Positions 12,572-21,193 are shown, numbered from the stretch's first letter. The stretch: DNA of 49,885 nucleotides from Minisyncoccota bacterium (GCA_020629675.1 JAHDCW010000001.1:1-49885), one strand, 5' to 3'. The notes: a model not told the origin generated them from the sequence alone. Numbers and translations are program-made.

Positions 12572-12773
12572 AAAAATCGTCCGTAAAAATATAAATAAAT
12601 ACATTCTTACGGACGATTTCTAAAGATAAACCTCATTGAAACCGCGGTACCACCGCACTTGAAACAGCTTGTTTCCACTTGATTGTGCGCGTATCGTGCG
12701 CGACCGAGAGGTTCTACTAGCTATGTAAGCGTTCTTCCTCCAGCTCAGGAGTGATATCTCCATCGTTGCTTCT
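12572..12773 (-). promoter_or_regulatory. T-box riboswitch leader, Ile specifier (AUC), truncated Stem I type
   Basis: Minus-strand reading. Stem I (12770-12742) is AGC|AAC|GA|U|GGAG-AUAUCA-CUCC|U|GA|GCU, a K-turn-like GA motif plus a hairpin whose loop shows AUC (12755-12753) followed by A. A GAGG...CCUC helix (12740-12708) has an internal loop carrying GAA and AGUA. A stem GAAAC-AAGCU-GUUUC lies at 12675-12661. The antiterminator (12657-12608) is UGCGG|UGGUACC|GCGGUUUC-17 nt-GAAAUCGU|CCGUA, and the sequence GGUGGUACCGCG is the conserved T-box motif. Confidence 0.8.
12574..12619 (-). terminator. T-box terminator/sequestrator helix (mutually exclusive with the antiterminator)
   Basis: A perfect 13-bp helix pairs AAAUCGUCCGUAA (12619-12607) with UUACGGACGAUUU (12586-12574), with a 20-nt AU-rich loop. 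It is followed by UU and then AUG (12571-12569). Confidence 0.75.
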
Positions 12774-12779
12774 GCTCAC

Positions 12780-12807
12780 AGATTAACATAAATCTTATTT
12801 TTTGCAA
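12780..12807 (-). promoter_or_regulatory. Sigma70-type promoter of the T-box operon
   Basis: TTGCAA (12807-12802), 16-nt spacer, TAATCT (12785-12780). The -35 box is embedded in the U-tract of the preceding terminator. A paralogous copy lies at 13482-13509. Confidence 0.55.
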
Positions 12808-12840
12808 AAAAATTGCTACCTACATTTAAGTAGGTAGCAA
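12806..12840 (-). terminator. Rho-independent terminator downstream of the NUDIX gene
   Basis: A perfect 11-bp stem pairs 12813-12823 with 12830-12840, with a 6-nt loop, followed on the minus strand by seven U. Confidence 0.8.
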
Positions 12841-12954
12841 TATGTGAACTGATGTGATTTAAACACCTTCCGACCCTCCACCTCTCCACAATTGAGAACT
12901 TAGAGTGCCACTTACATAATATGTCCTGAAGCGGCTGAGGGTGTAAATTTTATA

Positions 12955-13401
12955 TCAGATAGCCTGCAATTTATCACGAAACTTCTCCATGTCTACGCGC
13001 GTAGCTTTTCCTAAAGGCTGAGGCAAATCATCAAGCGAACACCATCGAACCTCTGAAATCTTATCAGGCTCACCGATAGAAACCTCTGACGGATCAACTC
13101 TCAAGATATACAGCAAGCTAATCCAATGTGTGTCGCTCTCACCTTCATTACGAAAAACAGAACTAAAACCCAATTCCCCCTCTACTACAACATTGCGCAC
13201 GCAAATTTCTTCTTGCACCTCGCGTATAATTGCTTGAACTGGAGCCTCAAGCATCTCCAGCTCCCCACCTGGAATCTCCCACAAACCACGCCCATCCCTT
13301 GCTTTTGCGCCACGCTTTAGAAAAAGAAATTTACCTCTACCATCATGACACCATGCTGCCACACAAATACCTGGAAAATCAATGCCAGCCTTCTTACTCA
13401 T
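12955..13401 (-). CDS. NUDIX hydrolase
   Basis: Nudix box GGELEMLEAPVQAIIREVQEEICV (GX5EX7REUXEEXGU). GAGAGGA lies upstream of the ATG. Confidence 0.85.
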   Translation of the reverse strand: MSKKAGIDFPGICVAAWCHDGRGKFLFLKRGAKARDGRGLWEIPGGELEMLEAPVQAIIREVQEEICVRNVVVEGELGFSSVFRNEGESDTHWISLLYILRVDPSEVSIGEPDKISEVRWCSLDDLPQPLGKATRVDMEKFRDKLQAI

Positions 13402-13481
13402 AAAATCCTCTCAATTTCTATCTATGAAGCATTACTGAAATAACAATCAGAAATAGCAAACTCGCCATCTCATGACCCCGA

Positions 13482-13509
13482 AGAATATCACAAATCTCAT
13501 TTTTTGCAA
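13482..13509 (-). promoter_or_regulatory. Sigma70-type promoter of the NUDIX gene
   Basis: TTGCAA (13509-13504), 16-nt spacer, TATTCT (13487-13482). 24 of 28 positions match the T-box promoter. Confidence 0.5.
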
Positions 13510-13542
13510 AAAAAATGCCAAACGTTAGTTGTAACGCTTGGC
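13508..13542 (-). terminator. Rho-independent terminator downstream of the 219-aa gene
   Basis: An 11-bp stem (13517-13527 with 13532-13542) has a GUUG/CAAC loop. The single non-Watson-Crick pair is G.U on the minus strand but A.C on the plus strand. It is followed on the minus strand by A plus eight U. Confidence 0.75.
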
Positions 13543-13550
13543 GTATAAGT

Positions 13551-14210
13551 TTAATTAAAGATATCAAGAACCCACGACAGGTTAGATTCGCAAGATCGTT
13601 CTTTTTGCTTTACATATTTCAGAAAGTGATGCGCTGTGAGATGATTTAATCTTCGATCAAAAACAACTACTTGAATGAGACCTTTTTTTACAATGGTCTT
13701 CTTATATTCAACAAGAGGATATTTCATCAACTTTAAAACAGGCGCAACCTCAAAGCCAAAAAATTTGAGAATATGTGACATTGCATTAGCTGGCATCTCT
13801 ATCGTTTTTTCCAGATAGATCTTTCTACCAGTTTTCCCAAGTTTCAAAGTTCCATCAAAACCAAAAATTTTTGCATCATCTATAATCTCCTCCAGAACCT
13901 GATATATTCTCAAATCCCTTCTTTGGCGAAGCTCAGTCTTACATCTGATATTGACATCTTTTGATCTGGACACGCCCCCATAATAAATGTCTATAGCCTC
14001 TGCAACTTTTTGAGAAAGAACTTCTTCAGAAAATACAATATTTGGAAAGTGCACTACCCATGTCGGACGAAGTGAGTCCGAAAGAAGTCTGTGCAAGTCT
14101 TTTTTTTGTTGAGATTCATCAACAGTTAAATTTTGATCAAGCAAAGATTTCATTATGTCACGAATTGGAACGAAATCAGTCGTTGAAAATCTAAAGGATT
14201 CCTTGGACAC
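13551..14210 (-). CDS. Hypothetical protein (visibly AT-rich, self-contained transcription unit)
   Basis: 219-aa ORF with a GTG start at 14210 preceded by AAAAGGGG. It has its own consensus promoter and terminator. I recognised no family motif. Confidence 0.5.
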   Translation of the reverse strand: MSKESFRFSTTDFVPIRDIMKSLLDQNLTVDESQQKKDLHRLLSDSLRPTWVVHFPNIVFSEEVLSQKVAEAIDIYYGGVSRSKDVNIRCKTELRQRRDLRIYQVLEEIIDDAKIFGFDGTLKLGKTGRKIYLEKTIEMPANAMSHILKFFGFEVAPVLKLMKYPLVEYKKTIVKKGLIQVVVFDRRLNHLTAHHFLKYVKQKERSCESNLSWVLDIFN

Positions 14211-14245
14211 TTTTAACCCCTTTTGTTAATTAAACAATTTTCATT

Positions 14246-14274
14246 ATTATGTCATATTTTTATTAATATGTCAA
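14246..14274 (-). promoter_or_regulatory. Sigma70-type promoter of the 219-aa gene
   Basis: TTGACA (14274-14269), 17-nt spacer, CATAAT (14251-14246). It lies immediately after the argS stop. Confidence 0.6.
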
Positions 14275-14277
14275 TAT

Positions 14278-15972
14278 CTACATTTCTTTTGGCGCTGTAA
14301 TTCCAAGAAGGTCCAAACCATGCGCAAGCGTTTTGGCGACAGCCTGCGTCAACTGTGTGCGATATGCAGTTGCACCTAAATCTTTCTCATCAATAATTTT
14401 TTGATCATTGTAATATTTGTTGTAGACATGACAAAGTTCGAGTAGATACTGTGCTATCGCATGAGGTGCGATGTCTGTCGTCGCCCTGAGAACAGCCTCC
14501 TCATAGCTCATCAATTGCCACACCACACCATGACTTTTAGCATCGTAAATTTTTTCTGTATTGTCGATATCTAATTCACCCGCCTTTGTGACGATGCTCG
14601 AGCAGCGTGCATGCGTGTACTGTACATATGGCCCGCTATCCCCCTCAAAAGACAGTGCCTGCTCAGGGTCAAATACCATATTTTTACCTAGAGACACCTT
14701 AAGAATCGCAAACTTGAGTGCACCAATAGCGACTGCGTCGATATCTACTTCTCCACGTGAGTTTTCGTTGGCTGCAATTTTTTCTCGTGTCGACTCTACA
14801 ACGCCTTCGATGATGTCTTCTGCGAGCGGGACATTACCAAGTCGTGAAGAAATCTTAATGCCTTTAAGTGTAAGGCGTCCGTGCATGACATGCTTCATTT
14901 TTTCCTCCCACGCAGGTGTGATCATGCCCGCAGCTTTACGTACCACCTGAAAATATGGTCCTTGTTCATGATCTGTCACGGTAATAGAGAGATCAGGCTT
15001 GTATGTCTCCCACTTTTTTGAGAGCAGCCCGATATCCTTGGCCTCATACGTAGGGAAACCTTCTTTATTTAGGAAAACTCGTGTATGCAGATCATGCGCC
15101 TCCCCATCAAAGATCACTGCACCCTGACTTTCCTCAAACACGCTGCCAATATTAGCACGTACGATTTCTTTACCGCTTGTACCAGCTTCACTCTCAAATA
15201 TATACCCATCGAAACGTGATCCTAGTCGGGTTACCACTTTTTCAAAATACGCGATATTGAGAGCACGCCCTTTTTGATAGACATCATAGTATGGACTGGT
15301 TGCATCGTGATTGTAGAGAGCCGCTACGATCCTGCGGATCTCCTGTTCGACATCAGGATTGTCATCATAACTCTGCACACCATACGCATAAGCTGCTCCA
15401 GCATCACGCATCTTGTCCTCGAGACTCATATCGCTATCAAGTGTCTCTGGAAACTTTTGCACCATACCCCATACCGCCTTAGCGATACCAAGTGAAACAT
15501 CAGACGGATAAGAAAGAGCTCTGACATCACCGTGGATCGCTTTCATCAGACGCGCCACACTCTCTCCCACAGTATTATTCACCAAGTGACCAATATGAAA
15601 AGGTTTAAATAAGTTTGGACTGGAATGCTCTACAAGGACCGTCTGCGTTGTCAAAGCTGCATCTAGATCAATTACACCATCCGCCTTTTGTGACACAGCT
15701 TCCATGTAATCATTTTCAGTAAGCGTGAAATTAAGATAGGGACCTGCAGCTTCTGCAACAAAAGAAGAATCCACAAAAGACTCTGCTAATTTATGCGCCA
15801 CCTCCACCGGTGACACGCCATATTCTTTAGCAACCACAAAAGCAATCGCTGACGTAAAATCACCCTTATCCGCATCCTTTGGTGTGGTGATTTCAATTTT
15901 CTCAGCATCGATTTTTGGATAAATCCCACCTACAATCTGCGTCAGACTTTGTTCTATTTCTTTTACTATCAT
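14278..15972 (-). CDS. argS: Arginyl-tRNA synthetase
   Basis: HSSPNLFKPFHIGHL (HIGH) and a C-terminal DALR-type anticodon-binding region ending ...APKEM. I prefer the start at ATG 15972 (MIVKEIEQSL), which forms an ATGA overlap with the upstream GT4 stop. Confidence 0.9.
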   Translation of the reverse strand: MIVKEIEQSLTQIVGGIYPKIDAEKIEITTPKDADKGDFTSAIAFVVAKEYGVSPVEVAHKLAESFVDSSFVAEAAGPYLNFTLTENDYMEAVSQKADGVIDLDAALTTQTVLVEHSSPNLFKPFHIGHLVNNTVGESVARLMKAIHGDVRALSYPSDVSLGIAKAVWGMVQKFPETLDSDMSLEDKMRDAGAAYAYGVQSYDDNPDVEQEIRRIVAALYNHDATSPYYDVYQKGRALNIAYFEKVVTRLGSRFDGYIFESEAGTSGKEIVRANIGSVFEESQGAVIFDGEAHDLHTRVFLNKEGFPTYEAKDIGLLSKKWETYKPDLSITVTDHEQGPYFQVVRKAAGMITPAWEEKMKHVMHGRLTLKGIKISSRLGNVPLAEDIIEGVVESTREKIAANENSRGEVDIDAVAIGALKFAILKVSLGKNMVFDPEQALSFEGDSGPYVQYTHARCSSIVTKAGELDIDNTEKIYDAKSHGVVWQLMSYEEAVLRATTDIAPHAIAQYLLELCHVYNKYYNDQKIIDEKDLGATAYRTQLTQAVAKTLAHGLDLLGITAPKEM

Positions 15973-17144
15973 AATGACGATCTTAGTTCTGCTATTTTTT
16001 TCATAATTGTACGTGCTGCGTGCGACCATGTGTAGCGCTCAACGTGTTTTTGTCGCATCACACGATCCTCATCTGTCTGTGGCGACAAGATCGCATCACG
16101 CATAACATCAGCAATTTTACGAGCATCACGCATATCAACTATAATAATTCCTTCATCTACCATCTCATGCGCCACACTGTCATGATGGACGATGCATGAC
16201 GTCCCGCTCGCCAAGGACTCAAGTGGTACCATGCCATATCGCTCATATGTCGTCGGCACAACACAAAGCTCTGCATACCGATAAAGTGCAGCAAGATCCT
16301 CTCCCGTCACGTAGCCCGCAAATTTTACGTCATCACGGACATCCAAGTCTTTCATAAAATTCTTAATCTCTCCTGCCTTATAACCATCAGCACCTACGAT
16401 CAAGAGCTGATAATCACTATGATCTCGATCACGCGCAGTGCGGCGCTCCTGCTGAAAAATACCAAATGCTTGCACGAAACGCGTCAGGTTCTTAGCTGGC
16501 TCGATTGTACCCACCCATAAAATGAGTTTTTTCTTAATACCAAAGCGCGCTGCTGCATACTTATCCTGACTATGCACTTCCGTAAAAAACCTCTTATCCA
16601 CACCTGGTCGCAACACTGTTATTTTTTTTGGATCAACGCGGAAAAGATCTATCATACTCATCCGTGCCTCCTCTCCGGGAACATAAAGATGTCGCGCTCT
16701 TCGCACATTGACTTGCATAATCGTTTTTTGTTTTCGATTGAGAACAGATGGATAGCAGGCCGCACTTTCGTAGAGATCAGCGTGCGCGCATATCGCCACA
16801 AAAGGGATTCTGCAGCGCAATGGGACACGCACTGTAATATCAGGCACAAATAAAATATCAATCTCAGATCTTTTCAAGGTATTTGTGACCACCAACTCAT
16901 TAAATAGCCATGGGAAGATTCCTCCAACAAAAGCATATGGTAACTCCACCACCTCTACCCGTGTAAAAGCATGAAGAAAATAAAGGTCTTTACGTCGCAC
17001 TTTGTGATCCACAAAAACAGAAAAGTGCGCATCAGGGTGCTCAGCGATCATTTTTTTAGTGACTTGTAATACAAAATGCCCCGTACCAATCGCTGAGCGA
17101 TAACGAGGTGACAAAAGCGCTCGCAAATCAATCCCTACATGCAT
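15969..17144 (-). CDS. Glycosyltransferase family 4 (GT-B, Glycos_transf_1-type)
   Basis: WVGTIEPAKN and the YERYGMVPLESLASGT (E..G...lE) motifs. 391 aa. Confidence 0.75.
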   Translation of the reverse strand: MHVGIDLRALLSPRYRSAIGTGHFVLQVTKKMIAEHPDAHFSVFVDHKVRRKDLYFLHAFTRVEVVELPYAFVGGIFPWLFNELVVTNTLKRSEIDILFVPDITVRVPLRCRIPFVAICAHADLYESAACYPSVLNRKQKTIMQVNVRRARHLYVPGEEARMSMIDLFRVDPKKITVLRPGVDKRFFTEVHSQDKYAAARFGIKKKLILWVGTIEPAKNLTRFVQAFGIFQQERRTARDRDHSDYQLLIVGADGYKAGEIKNFMKDLDVRDDVKFAGYVTGEDLAALYRYAELCVVPTTYERYGMVPLESLASGTSCIVHHDSVAHEMVDEGIIIVDMRDARKIADVMRDAILSPQTDEDRVMRQKHVERYTWSHAARTIMKKIAELRSSL

Positions 17145-17179
17145 AGAAGCAAAAATTTAAAAAATTTCAATAGCACTTG

Positions 17180-17209
17180 ATTATACAAAACAATCCTACA
17201 CACTGTCAA
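17180..17209 (-). promoter_or_regulatory. Sigma70-type promoter of the GT4-argS unit
   Basis: TTGACA (17209-17204), 18-nt spacer, TATAAT (17185-17180). A second extended -10 box TGATATAAT lies upstream at 17240-17232. Confidence 0.6.
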
Positions 17210-17254
17210 AAAGTGCTGCGATCACATAGCTATTATATCACCCTCCACCAGAAA

Positions 17255-17291
17255 CAAAAAAGCAAAGCTTAGTACAGCTTTGCTTTTTTTT
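17255..17291 (-). terminator. Rho-independent (bidirectional-looking) terminator after the 1259-aa gene
   Basis: GCAAAGCU (17262-17269) pairs with AGCUUUGC (17276-17283) around a 6-nt loop. The hairpin is flanked by an A-run and a T-run. Confidence 0.75.
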
Positions 17292-17308
17292 GAGTGCTGC
17301 GTGTGGAT

Positions 17309-20300
17309 CTATGGAGTTACCTCTCCAAATGATCCTCCACTACAATCAGCGTTTGTAGAACACTCACTCACACATGCTCCCGAAGACGCTGAGGAAGCAA
17401 TTACAGGAGCCGCTACACACGCACCGCCTGCGCTACATTTTCGTGCAGTACATACACACGTCACCTTGTGATCCACTGTTGTGCCATCACATGTAATCTG
17501 AGCGATATCACCATTGTTATTGTGCTCAACTTCATAGTCGATACCACTATCAATCAATTCCTCAATTGTGTATGAATCTCCATTAACGTCACAGGTTACG
17601 ACCCCTGCCGGTGGTCGACAGTTGTCCTCAAGTGCTACCCGCAAATTGACCGGGATAGGATTCCCCTCTTGATCAAAGGTTGTTTGCACAGCGCCTTGGA
17701 TTGTCATGCGCTTACATTCACCTCCACAAGCAACTTCATCTGCAGCACATTGAGCCTGTGCAACACAATTTGCAACATTTGTGCCTGATGTGCAAGTCCA
17801 ATTCCAATCAATACCGTTCTGCGTTACTAAGGAAGGGCTTCCAGTTGTACAGAGCTGCGTTGGTTGCGTGTTAATCAGTACACGACCATTATCAGATCCA
17901 CAAACTGCATTTGGAATCGCCTGTGTTTGACATGTAGCGCTACAGCCATCTCCATCAACTGCATTGCCGTCATCGCACTGCTCGCCAAACTCTATAGTTC
18001 CGTTTCCGCATACAGGAATTGCCTGTGTCTGGCATGTAGCACTGCAACCATCGCCATCCTGCGTATTACCATCATCACACTGCTCCCCAGTTTCTACAGT
18101 TCCGTTTCCGCATACAGCACCTGCAGGCTCACTACCACAAGTAGCACTACAGCCGTCACCACTCTGGTTATTACCATCATCGCACTGCTCTCCTGATTCT
18201 ACAGTTCCGTTTCCGCACACTGGACTTACAGGCACTATGCGACATGTACTACTACAACCATCACCATTTTGAGTATTACCATCATCGCACTGCTCTCCTG
18301 ATTCTACAGTTCCGTTTCCGCACACTGGATTATTTCGTTCTACCTGACAAGTTGTACTACAACCATCACCACTTCGTGTATTTCCATCATCACATTGTTC
18401 ACCTGACTCTACAGTGCCATTTCCACAAACTGGAGTTGGGACACTTCGATTGGCTCGACACGAACTGTTTGAACCACCATTTTCACCTTGACATGTCCAT
18501 GTCCATGGACCGCTTCCATTCACTCCTGATGCACCACCTTGCGCACAGAGACCTGATGTTGGTCGCGTATCATATGTACCATTATGGCTTGAGCCGCACT
18601 GACCATCCACTCTTTGCGGTGGGATTGGTGCGCGACAAACACTGTTTGAGCCACCATTTTGTCCATAACAAGTCCAGACGTACTCACCATTACGCTGTGC
18701 GACGGATGAATTACCCCCTCGGCTTGTACATGGATTATTTATATTTGACCCGCATGATCCATTTTCTGGAACAAGTCGCGTGGCACTACAGCTAGCATTA
18801 GAGCCACCATTTTGTCCTTGGCATGTCCACGTGTAAGAATTACTAGACGTTCGCTGACTTGAAAGCGATCCCTCTGAGCAGTTATTACGATTTGGGAAAG
18901 AAGAATAGCTTCCTCTATTTGCTGAACCACAACGTCCATTTACAGGTGCTGGCTTGTTTGCAGAACATTGGACAGTACTTCCACCGTTTTCACCAGTACA
19001 CTGCCATCGCCATTGTGTGCTTGTGTCACTACGATCACTAAAGTTTCCACCTGAGCATCGTGTAGACGATGAAGGAAATGAGCTCGTCGTAGTTCCATTT
19101 GCTGATCCACAACGTCCATTTACAGGAGGAAGAGCTCTATTTACGTAACAACCCCCATCCCAGACACCGTTCGTGCCTTCACACTCCCATGTCCATCGAT
19201 TGCTACTAAAGCGAGCATTCCGTACTGTTCCTCCATTCGTACACTTTTGACTATTTGTAGGCTCACTTGTTACCGTACCTCCTCGATAGCCACAATTACT
19301 TGGCTGTCCGCAAGAAGTTACTGTGTAATTATCGCGGCGAATATTTGTTGGGTTCCATCCACTCCAGTTACACTTTGCACTATGCTGCACGCGCATCTCA
19401 AAGGAGTTATTCCCTTGAGATGAATTACTCAGGTTTGCAGAAAAATTACGACGCGTTGTTCCATTGGCTGTAAAGTTAGCAACTTGACCACCATCAACAT
19501 ACACCCTTGAACAAGCATTCGGCTCATCCCAAGGGTTTCCACAGTTACTATTTGTAACTGTTCCAGACACTGTAGGCTGACAGCGATTATCATTAATGTT
19601 GTAATTTACCTCAGTATATTCACCTGTTGCTGCATCGTGTACAGCACGAAGTGTTACCGCGTCAGCACTTGCAGCCATGCCCATCAAACCAACACCTGTT
19701 ACTGCTGCTAAAGCCCAGACACTTACAGAACCCTTCCCCTTGCGCGCTACTAGAACAAGCAAAGCGATCACAAGAAACAACACTATAAATCCTAATACCA
19801 TACTATTAATTCCACTGTTATTCTCCCCTGCTGATGTACTAACATTGCCCTGATATGCCTCCTTAGCGTCTACATTCGCTCCATAAGCTATTGTCTGTGA
19901 CTGCGCAAGAACCACTCCTTCAGCACCCTCGATTACGACATCAACTATTGGATTTGGACATTTTACTGTCACCGGCATCTGAAGTGTGAAGAATTCACCA
20001 TTATCAAGGCCTTGTCCGACCTGCGTCGTCACTGGATCTGCACAATTTCGACCATTACTTTCAAGTGAAACTGTAGCATTATAGAAAAATGTATTTCGAT
20101 CTTCAGCAACTATATCTCCAATTTCTGCGCGGGCCTCTGTCCCAAAAAAGTCTGCCTGTGAACCAAGTAGAAGTGTAACATTTGCAAGGTCACCTTTAGC
20201 GTATTCATGGCGGTCAATTTGTACATTTTTAATTGTTGCAGACTCACCTTGGATGACTACACGTGCAATCACAGGATTTGATGAGATTTCCTTATTGTCA

Positions 20301-21088
20301 GGATTTACAAGCACAAAATAAACGTCGTACGCCTGAGCTTTATCAATTTCAGGCACAGGAATCTGTACACGCTCTGTGGCACCTGCTGCTATCTCACGCA
20401 TAGAAAAGTCAGCTGTCGCAGCTTGTGGACCTGCAAGTGAACGCTCATAAGCTGTTGCTCGTGGGATATAAGCTTGCGGGCTACCAAGATCATTAAGGAT
20501 TGCGCAATCAAGCACAACAGTCTCGTTTGGTGTCACGTCCACACCTTGAACCAATGTTGATGTCTCGCCAGCTTCACCCACTAAGAGCTGACAGGTTTCC
20601 ACATCAATAAAAAGTGATCCCGGCTCAGCTTCAAGTGTAAATGTCTCTATACTATCTGTTTGAGAGAAAATATATCCATTTGTATTGGCGATGATTCCAC
20701 CTACACCAATCTCACCTTTATAGGATGCTGGTACAGGGTATACCATACTCTTTACGACTAACTCGCCAGGCTTTAGTGAAAAAACCTCATCAAAGAATAG
20801 CGTGTCACTAACACCACCCTCTTTGAAAAGCTGTGCACCATATCTAATGTTTGACTCGACCTTGTCACCATTATTTTCAATTTCCAAAACAACTGTAAGA
20901 TCACGATTATCTCGCGATGCTACGGATGCCTTAGGAATGTTAAGCTCTGATACAATCTCGAAATCCAATGAGACATCCGCCTCTGGACTAAGTGCATCAA
21001 GGGCTTGTTGTTCCGTTTGTGCATGCGCTGCAGGTGTTGTCAAAAACACAAATGCAAAGCATAAAACGAAGTACATTACTCGCGCCAT
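17309..21088 (-). CDS. Large secreted/membrane protein with a central TM hairpin and two families of Cys-rich repeats
   Basis: 1259 aa. Signal peptide MARVMYFVLCFAFVFLTTPAAHA. TM hairpin at aa 430-474. Five [27 protein letters not shown] units (Myxococcus cysteine-rich repeat type). Six units of about 55 aa of the form G.CGS...W.W.C.G.NGG....C. Confidence 0.8.
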   Translation of the reverse strand: MARVMYFVLCFAFVFLTTPAAHAQTEQQALDALSPEADVSLDFEIVSELNIPKASVASRDNRDLTVVLEIENNGDKVESNIRYGAQLFKEGGVSDTLFFDEVFSLKPGELVVKSMVYPVPASYKGEIGVGGIIANTNGYIFSQTDSIETFTLEAEPGSLFIDVETCQLLVGEAGETSTLVQGVDVTPNETVVLDCAILNDLGSPQAYIPRATAYERSLAGPQAATADFSMREIAAGATERVQIPVPEIDKAQAYDVYFVLVNPDNKEISSNPVIARVVIQGESATIKNVQIDRHEYAKGDLANVTLLLGSQADFFGTEARAEIGDIVAEDRNTFFYNATVSLESNGRNCADPVTTQVGQGLDNGEFFTLQMPVTVKCPNPIVDVVIEGAEGVVLAQSQTIAYGANVDAKEAYQGNVSTSAGENNSGINSMVLGFIVLFLVIALLVLVARKGKGSVSVWALAAVTGVGLMGMAASADAVTLRAVHDAATGEYTEVNYNINDNRCQPTVSGTVTNSNCGNPWDEPNACSRVYVDGGQVANFTANGTTRRNFSANLSNSSQGNNSFEMRVQHSAKCNWSGWNPTNIRRDNYTVTSCGQPSNCGYRGGTVTSEPTNSQKCTNGGTVRNARFSSNRWTWECEGTNGVWDGGCYVNRALPPVNGRCGSANGTTTSSFPSSSTRCSGGNFSDRSDTSTQWRWQCTGENGGSTVQCSANKPAPVNGRCGSANRGSYSSFPNRNNCSEGSLSSQRTSSNSYTWTCQGQNGGSNASCSATRLVPENGSCGSNINNPCTSRGGNSSVAQRNGEYVWTCYGQNGGSNSVCRAPIPPQRVDGQCGSSHNGTYDTRPTSGLCAQGGASGVNGSGPWTWTCQGENGGSNSSCRANRSVPTPVCGNGTVESGEQCDDGNTRSGDGCSTTCQVERNNPVCGNGTVESGEQCDDGNTQNGDGCSSTCRIVPVSPVCGNGTVESGEQCDDGNNQSGDGCSATCGSEPAGAVCGNGTVETGEQCDDGNTQDGDGCSATCQTQAIPVCGNGTIEFGEQCDDGNAVDGDGCSATCQTQAIPNAVCGSDNGRVLINTQPTQLCTTGSPSLVTQNGIDWNWTCTSGTNVANCVAQAQCAADEVACGGECKRMTIQGAVQTTFDQEGNPIPVNLRVALEDNCRPPAGVVTCDVNGDSYTIEELIDSGIDYEVEHNNNGDIAQITCDGTTVDHKVTCVCTARKCSAGGACVAAPVIASSASSGACVSECSTNADCSGGSFGEVTP
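17925..18432 (-). repeat. Five tandem ~102-105-nt coding repeats (Myxococcus-type cysteine-rich repeat)
   Basis: VCGNGTVE(S/T)GEQCDDGN..(S/N/D)GDGCS.TC occurs five times. Stretches of about 50 nt are identical between units, for example 18172-18222 and 18278-18328. Confidence 0.8.
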
Positions 21089-21193
21089 AGTTTTAATTAA
21101 TTTTTTACTTTACTTTATTATATAACAACTCTTTAATTTCACGGCATTTCTCTGTGGATAATTAAGATAAAGTGTAGGAAAAATTTAAAAACC

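Noticed and set aside
12605-12790. I first read GGAGGAAGAACGCUUAC and GUGCGGUGGUACCGC as possible SRP RNA or RNase P RNA motifs in this 350-nt intergenic region.
   Set aside because: No GGAA-tetraloop/AGCA helix-8 arrangement could be built, and the region is too short for RNase P RNA. The same bases fit a complete T-box architecture far better (K-turn, specifier, 7-nt UGGUACC bulge, competing terminator).
12841-12954. An unexplained 114-nt spacer lies between the NUDIX stop and its terminator. It has possible pairings ACCCUC/GAGGGU and ACACC/GGUGU, which could indicate a small RNA or 3'-UTR element.
   Set aside because: Only short, mutually exclusive helices could be drawn. I found no recognisable RNA family motif and no promoter. 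It is not supportable as a feature without covariation or expression data.
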